From Phoronis australis (lineage: Eukaryota > Animalia > Phoronida): a DNA stretch of 64,000 bases. The stretch's first letter is position 1, and every line of letters starts with the position of its first letter. The notes under the pieces are model-generated. The model had not been told where the DNA came from and ran no database searches. It worked only from the letters and a program-made list of their open reading frames with translations. The position numbers and the translations under genes are program-made. Location of the stretch: positions 855,895-919,894 of the forward strand of contig NMRA01000089.1 of the NCBI GenBank assembly GCA_002633005.1, in the 5' to 3' direction. Shown one piece after another: positions 33,801 to 48,163 of this stretch.

Positions 33801-36800
33801 TGCACCTGCGAGTGTCCAGTCGTGTCGATTGCTTGTCACCACTGCCATCTTTCCCGCCCTTGGTGTATGTCTAGTTGCAAGATTCTCTTGCCTCGCATAA
33901 CTACTTAACTACATCTCTTCGTAGGCTGCCGTCTCTGAGGAGGAACATAAGGAGGTGCTGAAAGCGATTGACATGCTGGAGCGGCTGATCGAGTCGAGGC
34001 CCATCTGGTATCTGCCAAACGTGCGCCGGGCCACGGCCACTCAGCTGCTTAAGGACCAGGATGTTGGGGTAAATAGTGATGTGTATACATGTCGTTCACA
34101 CGTTGTTTAGTTGAGTGTGTATGTGTGTGTGACTTGTTAGGCAGGATTTTTGTATAGTTTTGAAACAGGAATACAAATAGATAAAACAACATTGTATCGG
34201 GACATATTGGGATTTGACCTGTGGAATTTGAGTTTCTCTGTGGTCTACATCGTGCGTAGAGCATAGCATGGGATTATTGAATGTCCATGAACTAAAGCTT
34301 CAAATGTTCAAGGCAGTTGGCGAATATGAAATGAGGTCTGACTGTGTACGCTCGATAAAAGCTATGCAATTGGTCTTTTTTACAGTATGTTTGTACTGGG
34401 GTCATGAACCAAGCACATACAAAAACTTTATAGACTAATATTCACGTCCAGTTGCGGAGAAAAACGTTGTAGTTATGCACGTTCTAGCAGTAGACATGAG
34501 GTTTGAGGAAAACAAAATTTGCATGTGTGGGTCTGTTTAGAGAAATTCCTCAATTCCTGGCAATCAGAAAACAACCTTTTGTTGTTGGAGTCTCTCATTT
34601 GCACTGTGGTACTAGGGTAATATAGTACGGTACTTAAGTTATAAATTCTGCACTGTGTGGTGGTGCACCTGGTGTCTGGTTGTCTGAGGTGATTGTGGTT
34701 TGTTTCAGGCTGCAATGATGACACAAAACCACTAGGTGTCATTGTGTAAATGTCAGTCTGGCCAGGCTTGAAATAACAAATGGCAGCAAGCCTCTTGTCT
34801 GGCTGTAAATGCTGATTTAAACTGTCAAATTCAATCAGGGATTAATTACTCTAAACCACCTTCCTGCGGCAGAATGGCTTTGACAGCGTCACTTAACTCT
34901 GGTGTCCCAAAATCAAAAGAAATTGTCTGAGGTCTGTAAAAAGTGTCTGGGATATAATGGAGTCCTTTTAATTTAGTTGTCAACTGTTGAAACCCAGGTG
35001 ATGGTGGAACTTCAGGCGAGGCCGTGTCTTCTTTTGATCTTTGTGGGGTGGTTGGGGGCCTGTTAATACGAGTATATTTTACAAGCACTATAGCAGGGTT
35101 AGGTTTTCCTGAGAAAAGCCTTCAGTTGAATTTATAGTTTGGGATTTTATTGGATAACACTGTATTAGATGGAGTGACATTGCTTCGTCATAAAAAGCCA
35201 TCAGGGACTCACATTCAACTGTTGCCTCACTTGTGCTAATATCAGTTTGTTTGTGTCTTAAACTCCATCCTTAGATAAACGTTACTTTATTTGACATTGC
35301 TTTTACAGAGTGGCTTGTCATGCAGAGTTTTATTTTCCAAACTGCATATCTTGACCAATCCTGATGCGATGTAACTATGTTGATCTTCCACTGAAACCCT
35401 GGATTCTCAAATGCAATTTTTGAATTACCTTAACCCCATTTTCCTTTGCAATTCTAAACCTCTTGATTATTTTTGCTTGGTTGCTCTGTTGGCCCAGCTG
35501 ACATTGTGAAGAGTAGGCGAACTAGATGATTTGATTGTATCCAACAATAACATACTGGCTGTAAGATTTCTTTTAATGGTTCTCAAGACCATGCCTATCA
35601 CCCCCTGGAGGCTGTCTTTTCACCCAGGAAGCCCCAACTACTGGGCTTTACTTTGAAACATCAATTTTGTGATGAGTTTAGCCTTGAGGCATTTTCTGAA
35701 ATTCCCTCCTGGTGAGACTCCAAGTGTGCAGATAAACTGTGTGTCAGTTGTGGAGAAGATATAATATTGATTGCCATGCATTGGTACAAGAATACTAGTC
35801 TTCACCCAGTCCCCCAGTTAGGACCCCACAACAACACGACTTAATGCACTTCAACCGATCTTGATTCATTTAATTATTACAGGAATCACATGACTCTTTA
35901 ATTAGACTCTAAATTAACGTGGTATATGCAATGGGATTGCTCAGCTCAGTATCTGTATATCACTGAAGTTACATGACTCTTAATTTGAATCTGCGGAAAA
36001 GTCTGAGTAAGACCTGCAACACAGATATCCTTTTCTTTGAAAAACTTTTGCTTTTGGCTTGAAAGTTCAAAAATCCTTTGAAAATCTTTATTCGGGTATA
36101 ATGTCTGAAACCGTCGTTTATGTAGAACCCATTTTTTTTGGAATGGGGGACCGTGTGCTTAGATGGCTGGTGTTGTACTATTAGGCTAGAATACTTTCGT
36201 GTCTAGGGTTTTCGAATCTGGGCAATACCTATGGGTTGTTTAATTATGTAGACCTACCTTTCAGGGTTTTGGATGACATGTTTTGCAACAAATCCCTCCG
36301 AGAGTGTCGTCGTGTTCTCCAAATGCATATTTTATGAATGTATGTGGTGTCTGAATTTTTTTCGAGATATATCCGCGATGCTATCTCTAGCCATAAAGGT
36401 AGGATAGTAGAAAAAAATTGTATATCATGGCATAGGGTGAAAAATAGTGCAGATTAATTCGTACTTTTTAGATTTCTGTTCTCTTGCTGATCTACATTCA
36501 TGCTGTAGACTAGTAGAATACCAGCACTGCTTCCTGGTTTCATAAGGCAAATGTCTGGCAGGAATTCCGCACAGTTAGGTAATGACAACAGGGCTGAACA
36601 ATTGGTTTCAATAACATCACTTGGCCTGCAGCAAGCACCCTGTCTGGGCACATACTTTATTTCACATTTACAAGGTAGCTAATTTGAAGTGAATGATTTG
36701 TATTAAGTCAGCGCTATTTTCAGACAGCATTGTGTTGCGTTTTTTTACTTGTGAAAGGCGGTGTTTAATATATTGGTTTATCCTTGCATTCCATTCTGCT

Positions 36801-39800
36801 TAACTGCTTGTAAAGTCTTTTTTGTGCACCCTCGTGTGTAAGTAGTCTACCGCTTTCATCTCTCTGTCTCCTAGTCCCAGCATTCTTTTCGAAAAAAATA
36901 TTGTGCGCTTTGCTATTTTGAAATCAGTTGCCAAAAATATTTAGGTCTTTTTGGAGTGAATATAGGCATCAAGTCTGTTTACTGCTTCAGTCTTGTTTTT
37001 TTTTTGCTTTACGTGTTTAATTGTTCACAATTGCTCCTGCCACGTGCCGCTATCGTTCAAGTTACACTTTTTTTAGATGGGACCACTAAGGTCCCTCAAA
37101 AATCAATTTCCCTTGTTTTAAGTGTATTTTGTGCTCAGTTGTTTTTGAGTTTTGTGTCATAAACTGCGAGAAAAGGTTAAAATATTTCACCGATGTTTTA
37201 CTGTTTACAGGTTTCAATTGTACAAAGCTGTTATAGTTTACATGAATTTGGCAACGTTCTGTGTGTGTGTCTGTGTTTGACAAAACAATCTGATGTACAC
37301 AGCCCTATAAAGAGCTAAAACTCTTGATTCTTAACAGAACTAATATTGTCTGATATACCAGCCAGGGTTCAGCCACAAAAATGTCCGCTATTCTAGGCTA
37401 GTTTCAGATGGATTTACTTTAAAAATTAACTCCTGGCAGCCTGCATATCATGTGCGCGGAATGTGAGTGAACCCACCTTCAAAAGTGTTTTTAGATCATG
37501 ATTGTAAAAAAGTGCTCTTAAAACCATGATTTCTTATTACACGGTTGCTATACTGTGTGTGAACTGAGCATCAAAAAGCATTACAACTGTGAGGTTCAGC
37601 TAGATTATGTAAGTGGGTACCTAAAGTAGCACAAGTGTCTTGCTCAACAGAGTCAATAGTGTTGTGAAATTTGAGGATCTTAACACTTGCTACAGTCACA
37701 CCATGTTTACAATAAGCCATGATTTGTTTTCATTGAAACTTGACATGGGGCATGAGAGGATTATTTGTAATGTATACATCACTATATTTACGCAATAGTG
37801 CAGAGCAGCTTAACAGGAACACTGAGATGAGGCCAGCAGCCTACAGCCAGCAATGTATATAGCATTAGTGGCAATTGCTCTCTCATTCAATTACTTGGTT
37901 TCAACAATTGTGGCTGTACCAATAAATAAAAGTGGGATATTTCTGAAGGAAGGGGGGAGAAATTCAACTTGCTTGTTGTGTTGGCAGTAACTGCTTCTGT
38001 AGGTTGGCTGCCTGGTTTATATGAAAGTGAAAGCCAGCTTTCAGCAGCTAAGGCCAAAGAGGGGTTCTTCTTAACTAGTGTCCGAGGATTTTAGTTTCAT
38101 TTGAAACCATGATTCGGAAATGCTAAAAATGCTATGAACATTCAAATTGCTTATCAAACGAATGACAACAAATTTGTATGGTTAAAACTTGGGATGCGCA
38201 ATGATGATTTCAACAGTATAAAAAAGTAGTACGGTAATCATTTGCATTACATTTGCACGTGTTAATAAGTCGAGTCAATGTGTCGTTGTAGATGTTCATG
38301 GTTCGCAAGTCTAGTCAGCCCAGTACTATGGCATTGTCAGTGCGAGTGCCAGGTGACAGTGGAACCCCTGTGGAGCATTACCTCATCGAGACCCCAGAGG
38401 ATGGCTACGTCAGACTCGATGGATCAAGTCATGTGTTTCCCTACCTACCGCTGTTGATCGCGCACTACTGCCAATACCTGTGAGTAAACGCCTCTTGGTG
38501 GCGTTGGCTTAGGCAATGTGGATAAAACAATTATGCTGTTGTACTTTTTCAGCTGCTTCTTAATGCATGCGTGAAAATGACGATTTCTTCGATCAGACAT
38601 TAAGATAATCACTTTTTTGTTAAAGTTAACATGAAAATCTGTGCTAAAATTAGTAAGGTGATCTTGACGTGCACGGGGCTGGTCTTCTGCAATTTATTTG
38701 TTACACCACTTGTAGCCCTCCTGGAAAGGTTGATGTAAATCACTTAAATGATGTCCCTCCACCTGACCTTTAGAAGTTTCACAACTAAAGGCATGAGCCT
38801 GAGGTTTGAAGGGCTTACATGTCTTGATCAAAACAACAGTTGCCTTTTTCTCTGTTGATGTCTTCTTTGACTTGACCAACAGTCCTCTCAACCTTCTAAA
38901 TTCTTGATAGTGATTGATTTGTGTCAGCCTTGACCATTTTTCTTGTAGATAATTGACTGAATTTTTTTCTTGATTAAAGGGATGTCAGTGTAGGTCATTG
39001 TATACACTGGTGCCCTTTGCCTTGTAGCGGATTGCTATTGAAGCAGCTTTCGACTTACAAAAGTTTTTCTTTTTGGTTCTTTCGGAGCTGTGTAACTTTG
39101 GCGTAATGGTTTCAAGTTTCAGAAGCTTTCCATTCCAATTGGAGCTGGTAGTACAGTAAACACTTTCCAGTTTGGGACAGTACGTAAAATTCGGGACTTG
39201 GAAATCTACGCCGAAATTTATTTTATATTCTGAAGCTTGGGACGTGGGCAACGTGGCATTCTTTCAAAATATCATCTGACACTGCCTTTTGTATCAAAAG
39301 ACTTGGCAGTTAAAAACAGCTGCAAATGCAAGATTTTCATGCGTACCAATTGTGTGTAACGTGGAGTTGAATGATTGTTTATTGTAAACAATGAATATAG
39401 GACAGAAAGCATTGGCTATTTCTAAAATTTGGTGCAAGCTCCACAGAAATACGAGTCTAGGGTGGGGTGAGATCGAGTAATTTAAAAGTAACTTGGTATT
39501 TAGATTGTATATTCTGTTTTAAAATTAAATTGGTATCACTTTGATGCTAAGGTATTTTCAAGTGGTTTCCGACTTAGCTTGAAATTTCAAGTATTGAATT
39601 ACATATTCTGTTTTAGTTATAAATTGGTGTCTCTTCGATGAAGTTAAGGTGTTTTCAAATGGTTTGGAACCGAGGGTCATTGATGCCTGAAATCTTGTAG
39701 TTGTTAGATGTGACCAACAGGTGACGTTCAAGAGACCAGTAGGAAATGCTTTACCATTGCCTTTAATTATGTGGTTGTAAGAGACATTCAGTGTATCACT

Positions 39801-42800
39801 TAGGCAACAGATTTCATTGCATTGTTGGTTGTTGAATTCTGGCAGAACGTTAATGTAAAATAAATTTGTGGACCAATCCCTAACTGGAGAACATTCTCAT
39901 TTCTTATGGAGATAATCAAATCAAACCTTTTACCTCGTGAACTAACCACTTGCAATCTAAGCTACAAAAAATACGAGAACAAAGCCACACGACTTCCTCT
40001 GTCTGGTGGTGTTTGACCGATTGTTTTTGTTGATAATGTGATCAAGATAGATAAATACTATAACGGTTCTAACAGGTGGCTGACTGAATTGAGACCACTG
40101 TGATTAGGTCTTTACTTGGTCTTTGATAGATGTTGACCAGCCGATGGTTGGTCATCGAAAAGCTCACCAATTTAGCAAAATTGGCGTGAGGTAGTTGAAC
40201 ATCCGTCAGCATGGGTTTGTGATTCATGTGTTTTGCATAAATCTGAGGTGTGTCTGCATGGGTAGGTCATATGTAAGGAGTGCATTTAGGCAGTGTAGGA
40301 TTTGGAAATTGTGGGTGCGGTATTGGGTATGGTTCTCACTTAGATGGAGTGGCAGAGTTTGAAATTGGCGGGTGTTTTGAAAGTTTTGGGCCAGAATCGG
40401 CCGGGAGATTTGAACTACTTGGTTAGGTCAATCAGCATACTCTTCAGAATTGTGCAAGCAAGCAGCTAAAACTGTTGGCACAGAAATTTTTTGTTTGCGG
40501 TCAAAAGTTGACGAGACCACCATATCTGCTGTGCCATATTAGTGATGCATGTTTTGCTTATGGTGAGCAACAGTTGAAGATGAAGTTTGTTGTTAACACA
40601 ATGTATCCATAGTGCTAGTTTGTACTTCAGGAATGTGGGTTAACCACAAATCTGGGGACATTATGTCTACTGAAGAAACAAAAATGGCCACTGAATGCAC
40701 ACATCTGTTGGTCCATTGTATCATTGAATGGGTCTTCAGGGCTTGGCAAAGTTTTCCTTTGGTTACCTGCTTTTATTTGCTCCAGCTGTGACCCTGAAAT
40801 TCTCATGGCTTTACTTGCTGTATGCATGTAGATGCATTATAGCACTGGGGCAAGATTGAATGTGTTTTCTACTCCACTAGTCGTGCACAGGTCCTTAAGC
40901 AGGATATGGGAATTGCGGGAAGACAGAGAGGTGGGAGTTCTTTCCAGTTGTATTTTATGGAGATGTTTTACTGGTGTTGCGGCTGTGTTCTTTTCTGGAT
41001 CACTTTTCCTGTATGGTTTCTTTGCTTTATGTAGTTTACACTTGGTTGAAGATAGGGGAATTGCAACTATCTTATCTAGTGGTCACTCTGCATTCGTTGG
41101 ACTGACCATATGTTGAGTGCACTTGGTGATCAAGTCCCAAGTTCAGTTCCCTCCATTGTCTTCTCTGTTATCACCATCGCTCACATGCGTTATTGCAGGT
41201 GATTTGCACTATGCCGCTGGTCAGAGGGTGTTAAATATGTTTGTTATGGTCACTTGTCCTGACTATAGTTCCTGGAATAGTATTTCCATAATCAAAACAG
41301 CTGGTCATTGTGTTCTGTTACCCAACCTGCCCCAGTGACTGGCAGTGCATTGCCAGTGGTGTTGTAATCCACTGTAAGGTGTCTACAGTGGCCCTGAAGC
41401 CAGTTAGGTAATGGCATTAACAATTGGCCCAGAAGGCATACAATCGCCTCTTTGAGCTGCCACTGCTGCTGGCTAATATGTGAAAGATAGGTCGTTGGGT
41501 TCACTGGGTGCCTCGCGGCTGGACCGGTAACTGAGACGGCTGATCCAGGTGTAAGGTTGGCTCATGGTTTGGAGATATTGGACCAAGAGTAAGTGTTTTG
41601 AAGGTACTGCAGGTAATTTGAATTGCAAAAGTTTGTGTCCTGTGTCCAGGGTGGTGCTGTGTTGATTGGATAGGTCTGTGTATTCAGGTTCCCAAATCAC
41701 AGATGCTGTGTAGGACTTGTGTTTCCATCTCTGACAATTTGTGGATACTTTCATTCATGGCAGCTTAGGTTGCAAGAGGTGAAGTTGGTCCGTTCCCTGA
41801 AGACAGGCCCGTCAGTCACAGCTCCTGTAGCTGCTAGTAGATACCACTCTGTGTTTTATTGTTAATTTCACTGGTGTTTTCATTCTCCTTTCAGAGACGA
41901 GTTGCCATGCTGTCTGGTGCTGCCCCCTGTTGTGATGAATACACGTTCGCATCGTGAACTCACGTCGTTAGCTCTCCTCGGACAAGGTGAGTGGAACAGA
42001 AACTAATAGAGTACTTTCTCATCCTTTGAAATTAATACTGCCTAAAAATGAGACCATGTCTTGTGCTTAGGGATACTACTGTAATAGGTTATGGTATCAT
42101 AAGGCAAATTAAGTTGCGATAGGCTGTCCCGAGCATGGTTACTCATGACGGTTGAGAATTCTGAGCAAACAGCAAGTCTTTGTAGGGTGGAAGACATGCG
42201 ATTTCATGCCCGTCACATTAAAGCTGATGGCATTAAGATAAAGAGTTGCCTAACAAAACAAGGTGTTTGTTTTCACTTTTTGCAAGTCTGTAATAATGCT
42301 TTGTTTAGTTTTTAGTCCTTGAGAGATTGTATCGCGCCATCATTTTGCGTTGTGATGACCATGATCATATTGGTTTCTCTTTGATGTGTATTCCAGTTTT
42401 TGTACTGTTTATTACTGTTAAATTGGCCTGTTCTAGCTAAAACCAATTTTGTGCAAATAGGCGTTGTTAATTAGCCATTGATCATTTAAGGTGAAAGAAA
42501 TTATTTCCCTGGTATTTTTTCATAGAGGCTGTCCGTTTTTGTGTTGAGCTGTTGACAGCTCTTCCAGATGTGCAGTTACTGACCCTTGTATGCTTCTACT
42601 AAGAAATAATCACTTGCTACCATGATAGTTGATAGACAATGCCTGGCTTTGTTCAGGCCAATTTAGAGATGCCCATATTTTCTGGGTGATGGAATGGGGC
42701 AATGGGGTCTCTGTGTGGTGAATGGTAGTCGTGCAAATGCCTGGTGTACTTTAAGATGTTTTTAGAAAACTACGTAGTTGCCAGTGTCGGTTTTCGCAAG

Positions 42801-45800
42801 GTGAATACATACTGCTGAGTTTGTTGTATTTATCAGATGTCCTGTCTGTCTGTCTGCCTGCTTGACTGTCTGCCTGTCTGCCTGCCCTCCTTTGCTTTCA
42901 GTTGCAATGTGTTTTGTTGAAAAATCATAACCATGGTTCATTGTCAAAGAAGTGCCTCCTGAGTTAACAAGATTTTTTGTATTTAGTGTACGTTATCAGG
43001 CAAATAAATAATTGGGCCCTTGTGGAAACCAGTATCTTACACTGACAAGATTACACTCCATTAAATATTACATTTGAAAAATTTAGAGATTAAATTTTTG
43101 TGTCTTAGGCATACATTAGATTTGCAAGTCTGCTGGTGTGAACTCGAAAAATGTTGGAATAACTGGGAAAATGTTGGAATAACTGAGTGTACGCTGAGCA
43201 CTTTATTCGGATTTGATTCTGTATTGAGTCGTACCATTTATTTCATTTTCTTTTTGTTATCGGATTTCAAATTCTATCGTGAACATACTGTGAACAGCCT
43301 TAAGCTCAATTTCGGCTGATTTGCTAAACACTCCCCCGTTAAAACAATATAAAAAATCTACTAGTCCATTATGTCAACCATCTGTTTTGTCTGTGCGGCT
43401 AATAAGTCGCACATTTATGATCAAATGACCGTCTGAGAAAAAGGGCTGGTCTCAAAACTTGTTAATCGCTGTTAGCTGGCAGATGTTGGGAAGCCTAGTT
43501 AGTCGAGCCACTCTAGTTGAACAAGCGGATTACGGTATGTTTTGGTAAAATAAGTTTGAAGACAATTTTTTATCAATTGTTGGGGCTAATGAATGATGTT
43601 AGCATTCTTGAATTTGGGATATGGTTGTGTTTTGTTTATATTATGTTGGTTGTGAAATTTATTAGAGATTTTGAAGTAATCTGCTAATTATTTATTATAC
43701 CATTTATTATACTGTTGTGGAGGTTTTGACAACATTTTAGGGTATGTTTTGTTACTTTTGTTGACATGTTGGTGTTGTCGTTTAGTCACTGGTCGAATGC
43801 ATATTTGTTTGTACTAGAATGGTCGAATTAACCTTGATTTGATTCTAGAAAACGGCATTGAAAGAGTGATAAAATATTGAAATGGCTGAAAAGGACTTTT
43901 GATTTTAAGTTTGACTAATTAAATTTCAACTAATAAACTTTAGGAGGCTAAGCCAGACATCCTCAAATGATGAACAATTAAAAATAATAAGCACTGAGGA
44001 AGTGAAATTTCTTAATTTTTCTGAATTTTGGCATGTTTGAAGTGTTTGCGCGTGCATGCCTGTGTTCTTACCTGTCTACAGTGTGCCTGGCTGTGTACTT
44101 ACCTGTCTGCAGTATGCCTGGTTGTCATAACAGCTCCATACAATGGCGAGCACTGGGGCCTTATAATGGCCTGCCTTGTCCACAAGGTTATGTCCAGAAA
44201 TCAAAACATAAGAGGCCATACTTGTTGTTAAGTGCACCATTAAACACTGCTCAAGTGTCCTTCTCTTTCACCAGCTTGTCTGAAGAGCACTAATTTACAC
44301 ATTATATTGGTGTCTTGATCACCCTTTATGGTTGTGTGGCCCTGACTTGAATATACTGGGGATGTCTGCCTGCATCAAGACAGGTTGGATGACTCAACTG
44401 TGGTGGTCTTCTGTGCCCAGTGAAACAGTACCAAATAGGGAATGACTAAGTTCCCTAGATCTGCTGTGTACTTGTGTCATTCTATACTCACAAATATTAT
44501 CTTCTATCATTTTATCTCTATAAGCTATTCTATTGCTGATGACATTTTGTAATATTAAAGCTAAAATTTGAGCCCTTGTTATTTTAATGAAAATAAATGG
44601 ACTCAATCCAGGGGGCACTGCATGAAAAGTTCCCGACTGATTTTCAATAATATTGAGAATTTAACGCAGAGTTCACTCTTGATTTGTATCAAAATCAAAA
44701 ATTGACTTAGTAGCGCACAAGTAAAACATTAGAAGAAAGGACAATCAGTGGTTTCAAAAGTCCACAAATACACAGTAGATTTAAGTAATTTAGTGGAGTG
44801 CCTATTTGAGACTGTTTCACAGAACTGCAACTCACTGATGGACAGATGTTACTATTAGAACTTCTAACTTGGAAGTTTCTATGTACTACTCTGGTTTATA
44901 GTTTTTAATATTCATTAGGACTTGGTAATGGCTGAGCTTGCAGGTTTGTGCTGCTGGACGGATTATTGTTGGTGGGAATGGTAAGGTACCTGGCTGGCTC
45001 TGTTCTGAATTTATGCGGGATTGTTCTTGTTGAAGTAATCAAAAAGTTCTGGTGTTGAGGGAATTACCGAGCTGAAAAAAATTCTGGAGTTGTCGTGTTC
45101 ATGCTGCCGTGTATTTTTGAGAATAGTGGCTACCAGGCTAAAAATTGTGTAATGGACTGGAAGTTGGTGAATTCATTGGAGTGTATACTGTGTAATTATG
45201 CACTTCAACTGAGGTCAACATGTGGTGGTTTGCAGACCCCAAAATGTGGTGATGGCCCGGGAGCTGAGGTCATTATCACATTTTGGGGTCTGAAAATGAA
45301 TGTATTGACCTAAAGTGAAGGTCAAGATGATCATATATATATGCAATGGGGCTATTTTGGGCTTTTGATAGAATGTCACTCAGTTGGTCAATCATCTACC
45401 AATTTTAACTTAAAATGGGAGATTTTTATTAAGAAAAGTTCCTGACGTTTTAAGGAATGTAGAAGACCATTACCTGTTATATATTTGGGAAAGATACTGT
45501 TTTGCAATCACGCAATGGTCATTTAAATGTAAAACAGTAGACAAATATTTGGTTATATCAAAACATTTTGATCTGTGCCGGCACGCTCAAAGTGCACACA
45601 GGGAAGTCTGCACAAGTGACGGTGCTTTTAAATACACATCTTTTACACAATTGTGTGAGGGAACTGTGATGTCTTGATGGAGGTGTGCTTCTACCGAGGG
45701 CTTCATAAAAACAAACGTGATGCCAAAAACTGGATGCAGAAGTACTGGCTGAATTGACTTATAAAGAAGTTTTTTAGTTACTTGCTCGTGGTACACTGAT

Positions 45801-48122
45801 GAAGTTCTGGCGTGTAAGATCTGGAATTACAATGGGATCTCCAGTCATGGGAAAGTTTTTAAAAAGAATTAAAACGGTGTTACCATGGCAGGGGTTATTA
45901 ATGCCTTTCTCCTGCATCAGTCAATATAAACAATCATTGGATCAGAAATATTGACCGTTGTTGAATTTAACGCTTCATAATCTGTCCAAGTCATAATGTC
46001 TTTTGATATCAGTGTAATATGTTGGCCAATAACTTAAGCACTATCTGAAAGATGGTTAAATTGAGTAATTTGTGTTTCTATGTGTCTGCTAGTTGATGAA
46101 TTGAGGCGCGAGTGACAATCAATAATAGTGAAGCAATCTCCATGTTAATCAACAATTCATTAGTATCAAACTAGACTATATATTGTATTCAGACATAAAA
46201 GTATATGTGTATATTTTGTGAACTGTGTGTTAGTGAGAAGGAAATATGGCAGATGTTCTACAGACAAAGCGGCGACTAAATATAGCATTAAATTCTAGTC
46301 ATGAACGTTTCAGAGGCGACATTTTCTGCCAGAGGTGGAAATTTGGTTCTGAAAATGAGGGTTTTAAATATCTGACTAACTTGAGGTGTACTGTGCCGCG
46401 ACGGGCTGCAGGGCTAGCTGCATTAGTGCAAGGTTAAAAGTTCTATCAATAGAGATTGGTTAAAATATCGTCGACGTTCATATCAAGACCTTTAAATGTT
46501 ACATAGGTTCCCAAGTTTTTCCAGCTCTGTGTCCGTGCACAGTCAGTATAGTGAAGAACTTTCATGAGTTTGATGTACTAATGCAAGTTGTATTTTATGT
46601 CACGTTTCCATGACCTTTGCTTAGAGTGTCTGAATTTCCCAGGATTAATTTTCCTTGCTACACTCTCAACTGTTGGTTTTGGTATCGTTAGGTTCTCTTG
46701 CACTCTCGTTTTATGGCATGTACAGAATCTCTTCCTGCTGTTTTGCTGACTTTCACAATCATACAACAAAACGTAAAACTTACTGAAATCTGGGGTACAG
46801 TTGAAAATTTCATCCAATTTCCGTAGGTAACATTTAAAGCTGATTTGACTGTTGCTCAGTGTGTTTACATGGCCAGTATTGTTTAAATTCTTTAAAATGC
46901 TGCCAATCAAAGTTAACCTTTCATTCATTGCGTCACTACTGTTTCCTTATAGATATGTTGCGGTTTTGTTCTTGAAAAGCACTGATGCCCTGTTTCCTCT
47001 CCAAAAAGCTGTGGGGTATTGGTTGGAACACTGCCAATGTTATCATTTCATTCTAATTTGCATCACAGGTCCCCGAGAAACAGCTCTAATAGATACATCC
47101 TGTCATGTGCCTTGAGACGGGATGCGGAAGTTGTCATGGGAACTGACACTTGACTGCATGTTGTAGTGAAAATGAAATTTATTCGCTCTTTTTGTTTTCA
47201 AGTTATTGCAATTTGTCTCCTGTTTAGTACAGACAAGTGAAATTTCGTTTTCTCAAATTTCTCAATAGTAAAAAGTAAGCTTTTAGAAAATTATTAACTT
47301 GATCGTTTGTAGCAAGGTTGTCGGTCATTTATTGAAAATGACAGTTTTGGCAATTATTTTGTGTGCAAAGTAGCTGAAAACCTACTGTGCTTTCTCAAGT
47401 TTGATAGTTAAGAAGTAAAGGCACTTGAAAGATTGCAAACCACAAGCCTCTGTCAAGACGGCCCTAGTTTAATTATTCTACGGAATTGTTAGCGCAAAAA
47501 TGACGTGTGTGGAGGTTATTGTTCACAATTTCCAAAACCTCATTGTTTTGGTTCAACATGTTTGTGATGTTGAATCAATTTGTGTTTATTGTCTAGTTTA
47601 AAAGGGAGGTTAAATGATTATATGGTCTCAGGTATCATTTTCTAATTCTTGTTGATAGTCTGTGGCCCATGTCAGACCTCCCTTGAAAATTTCATAAAAA
47701 TTCATTATTTTGGGTAATGTTGTTAACAGGGAAACTAAGGGTAATGATGAACGGCTGCTTTCTGTCAAGGTCATGACCTCCAGGAAGATGGTTAAAAATG
47801 TACCAGAACACATTTTGAGTTACATAGCAGAGCTTGTGTTTTCTATTTTAAAGTTAACTAAAGTATACTGAATCAGTTAAGAGGTAATGGAGTGGTTTTG
47901 TGCCCCCTTAGAGGTAGTGTGTTCAATGTTCTGTAGCTCTCAGCAGGGTTTCTTCTCAGTTCTCCAATAATCCATTCTTCATTCTGATTGGTTACTGGTC
48001 TTATTGAAGGACAAAAATAGAACGCTACCAATTTGGCTGCTGGTCCAGTATTTCAAATGCAAGTAACGTAGGCATCATATAAACACTGGAAATAGTAAAA
48101 TTACTTTTTCCATTACATATTG

Positions 48123-48163
<41 letters not shown>

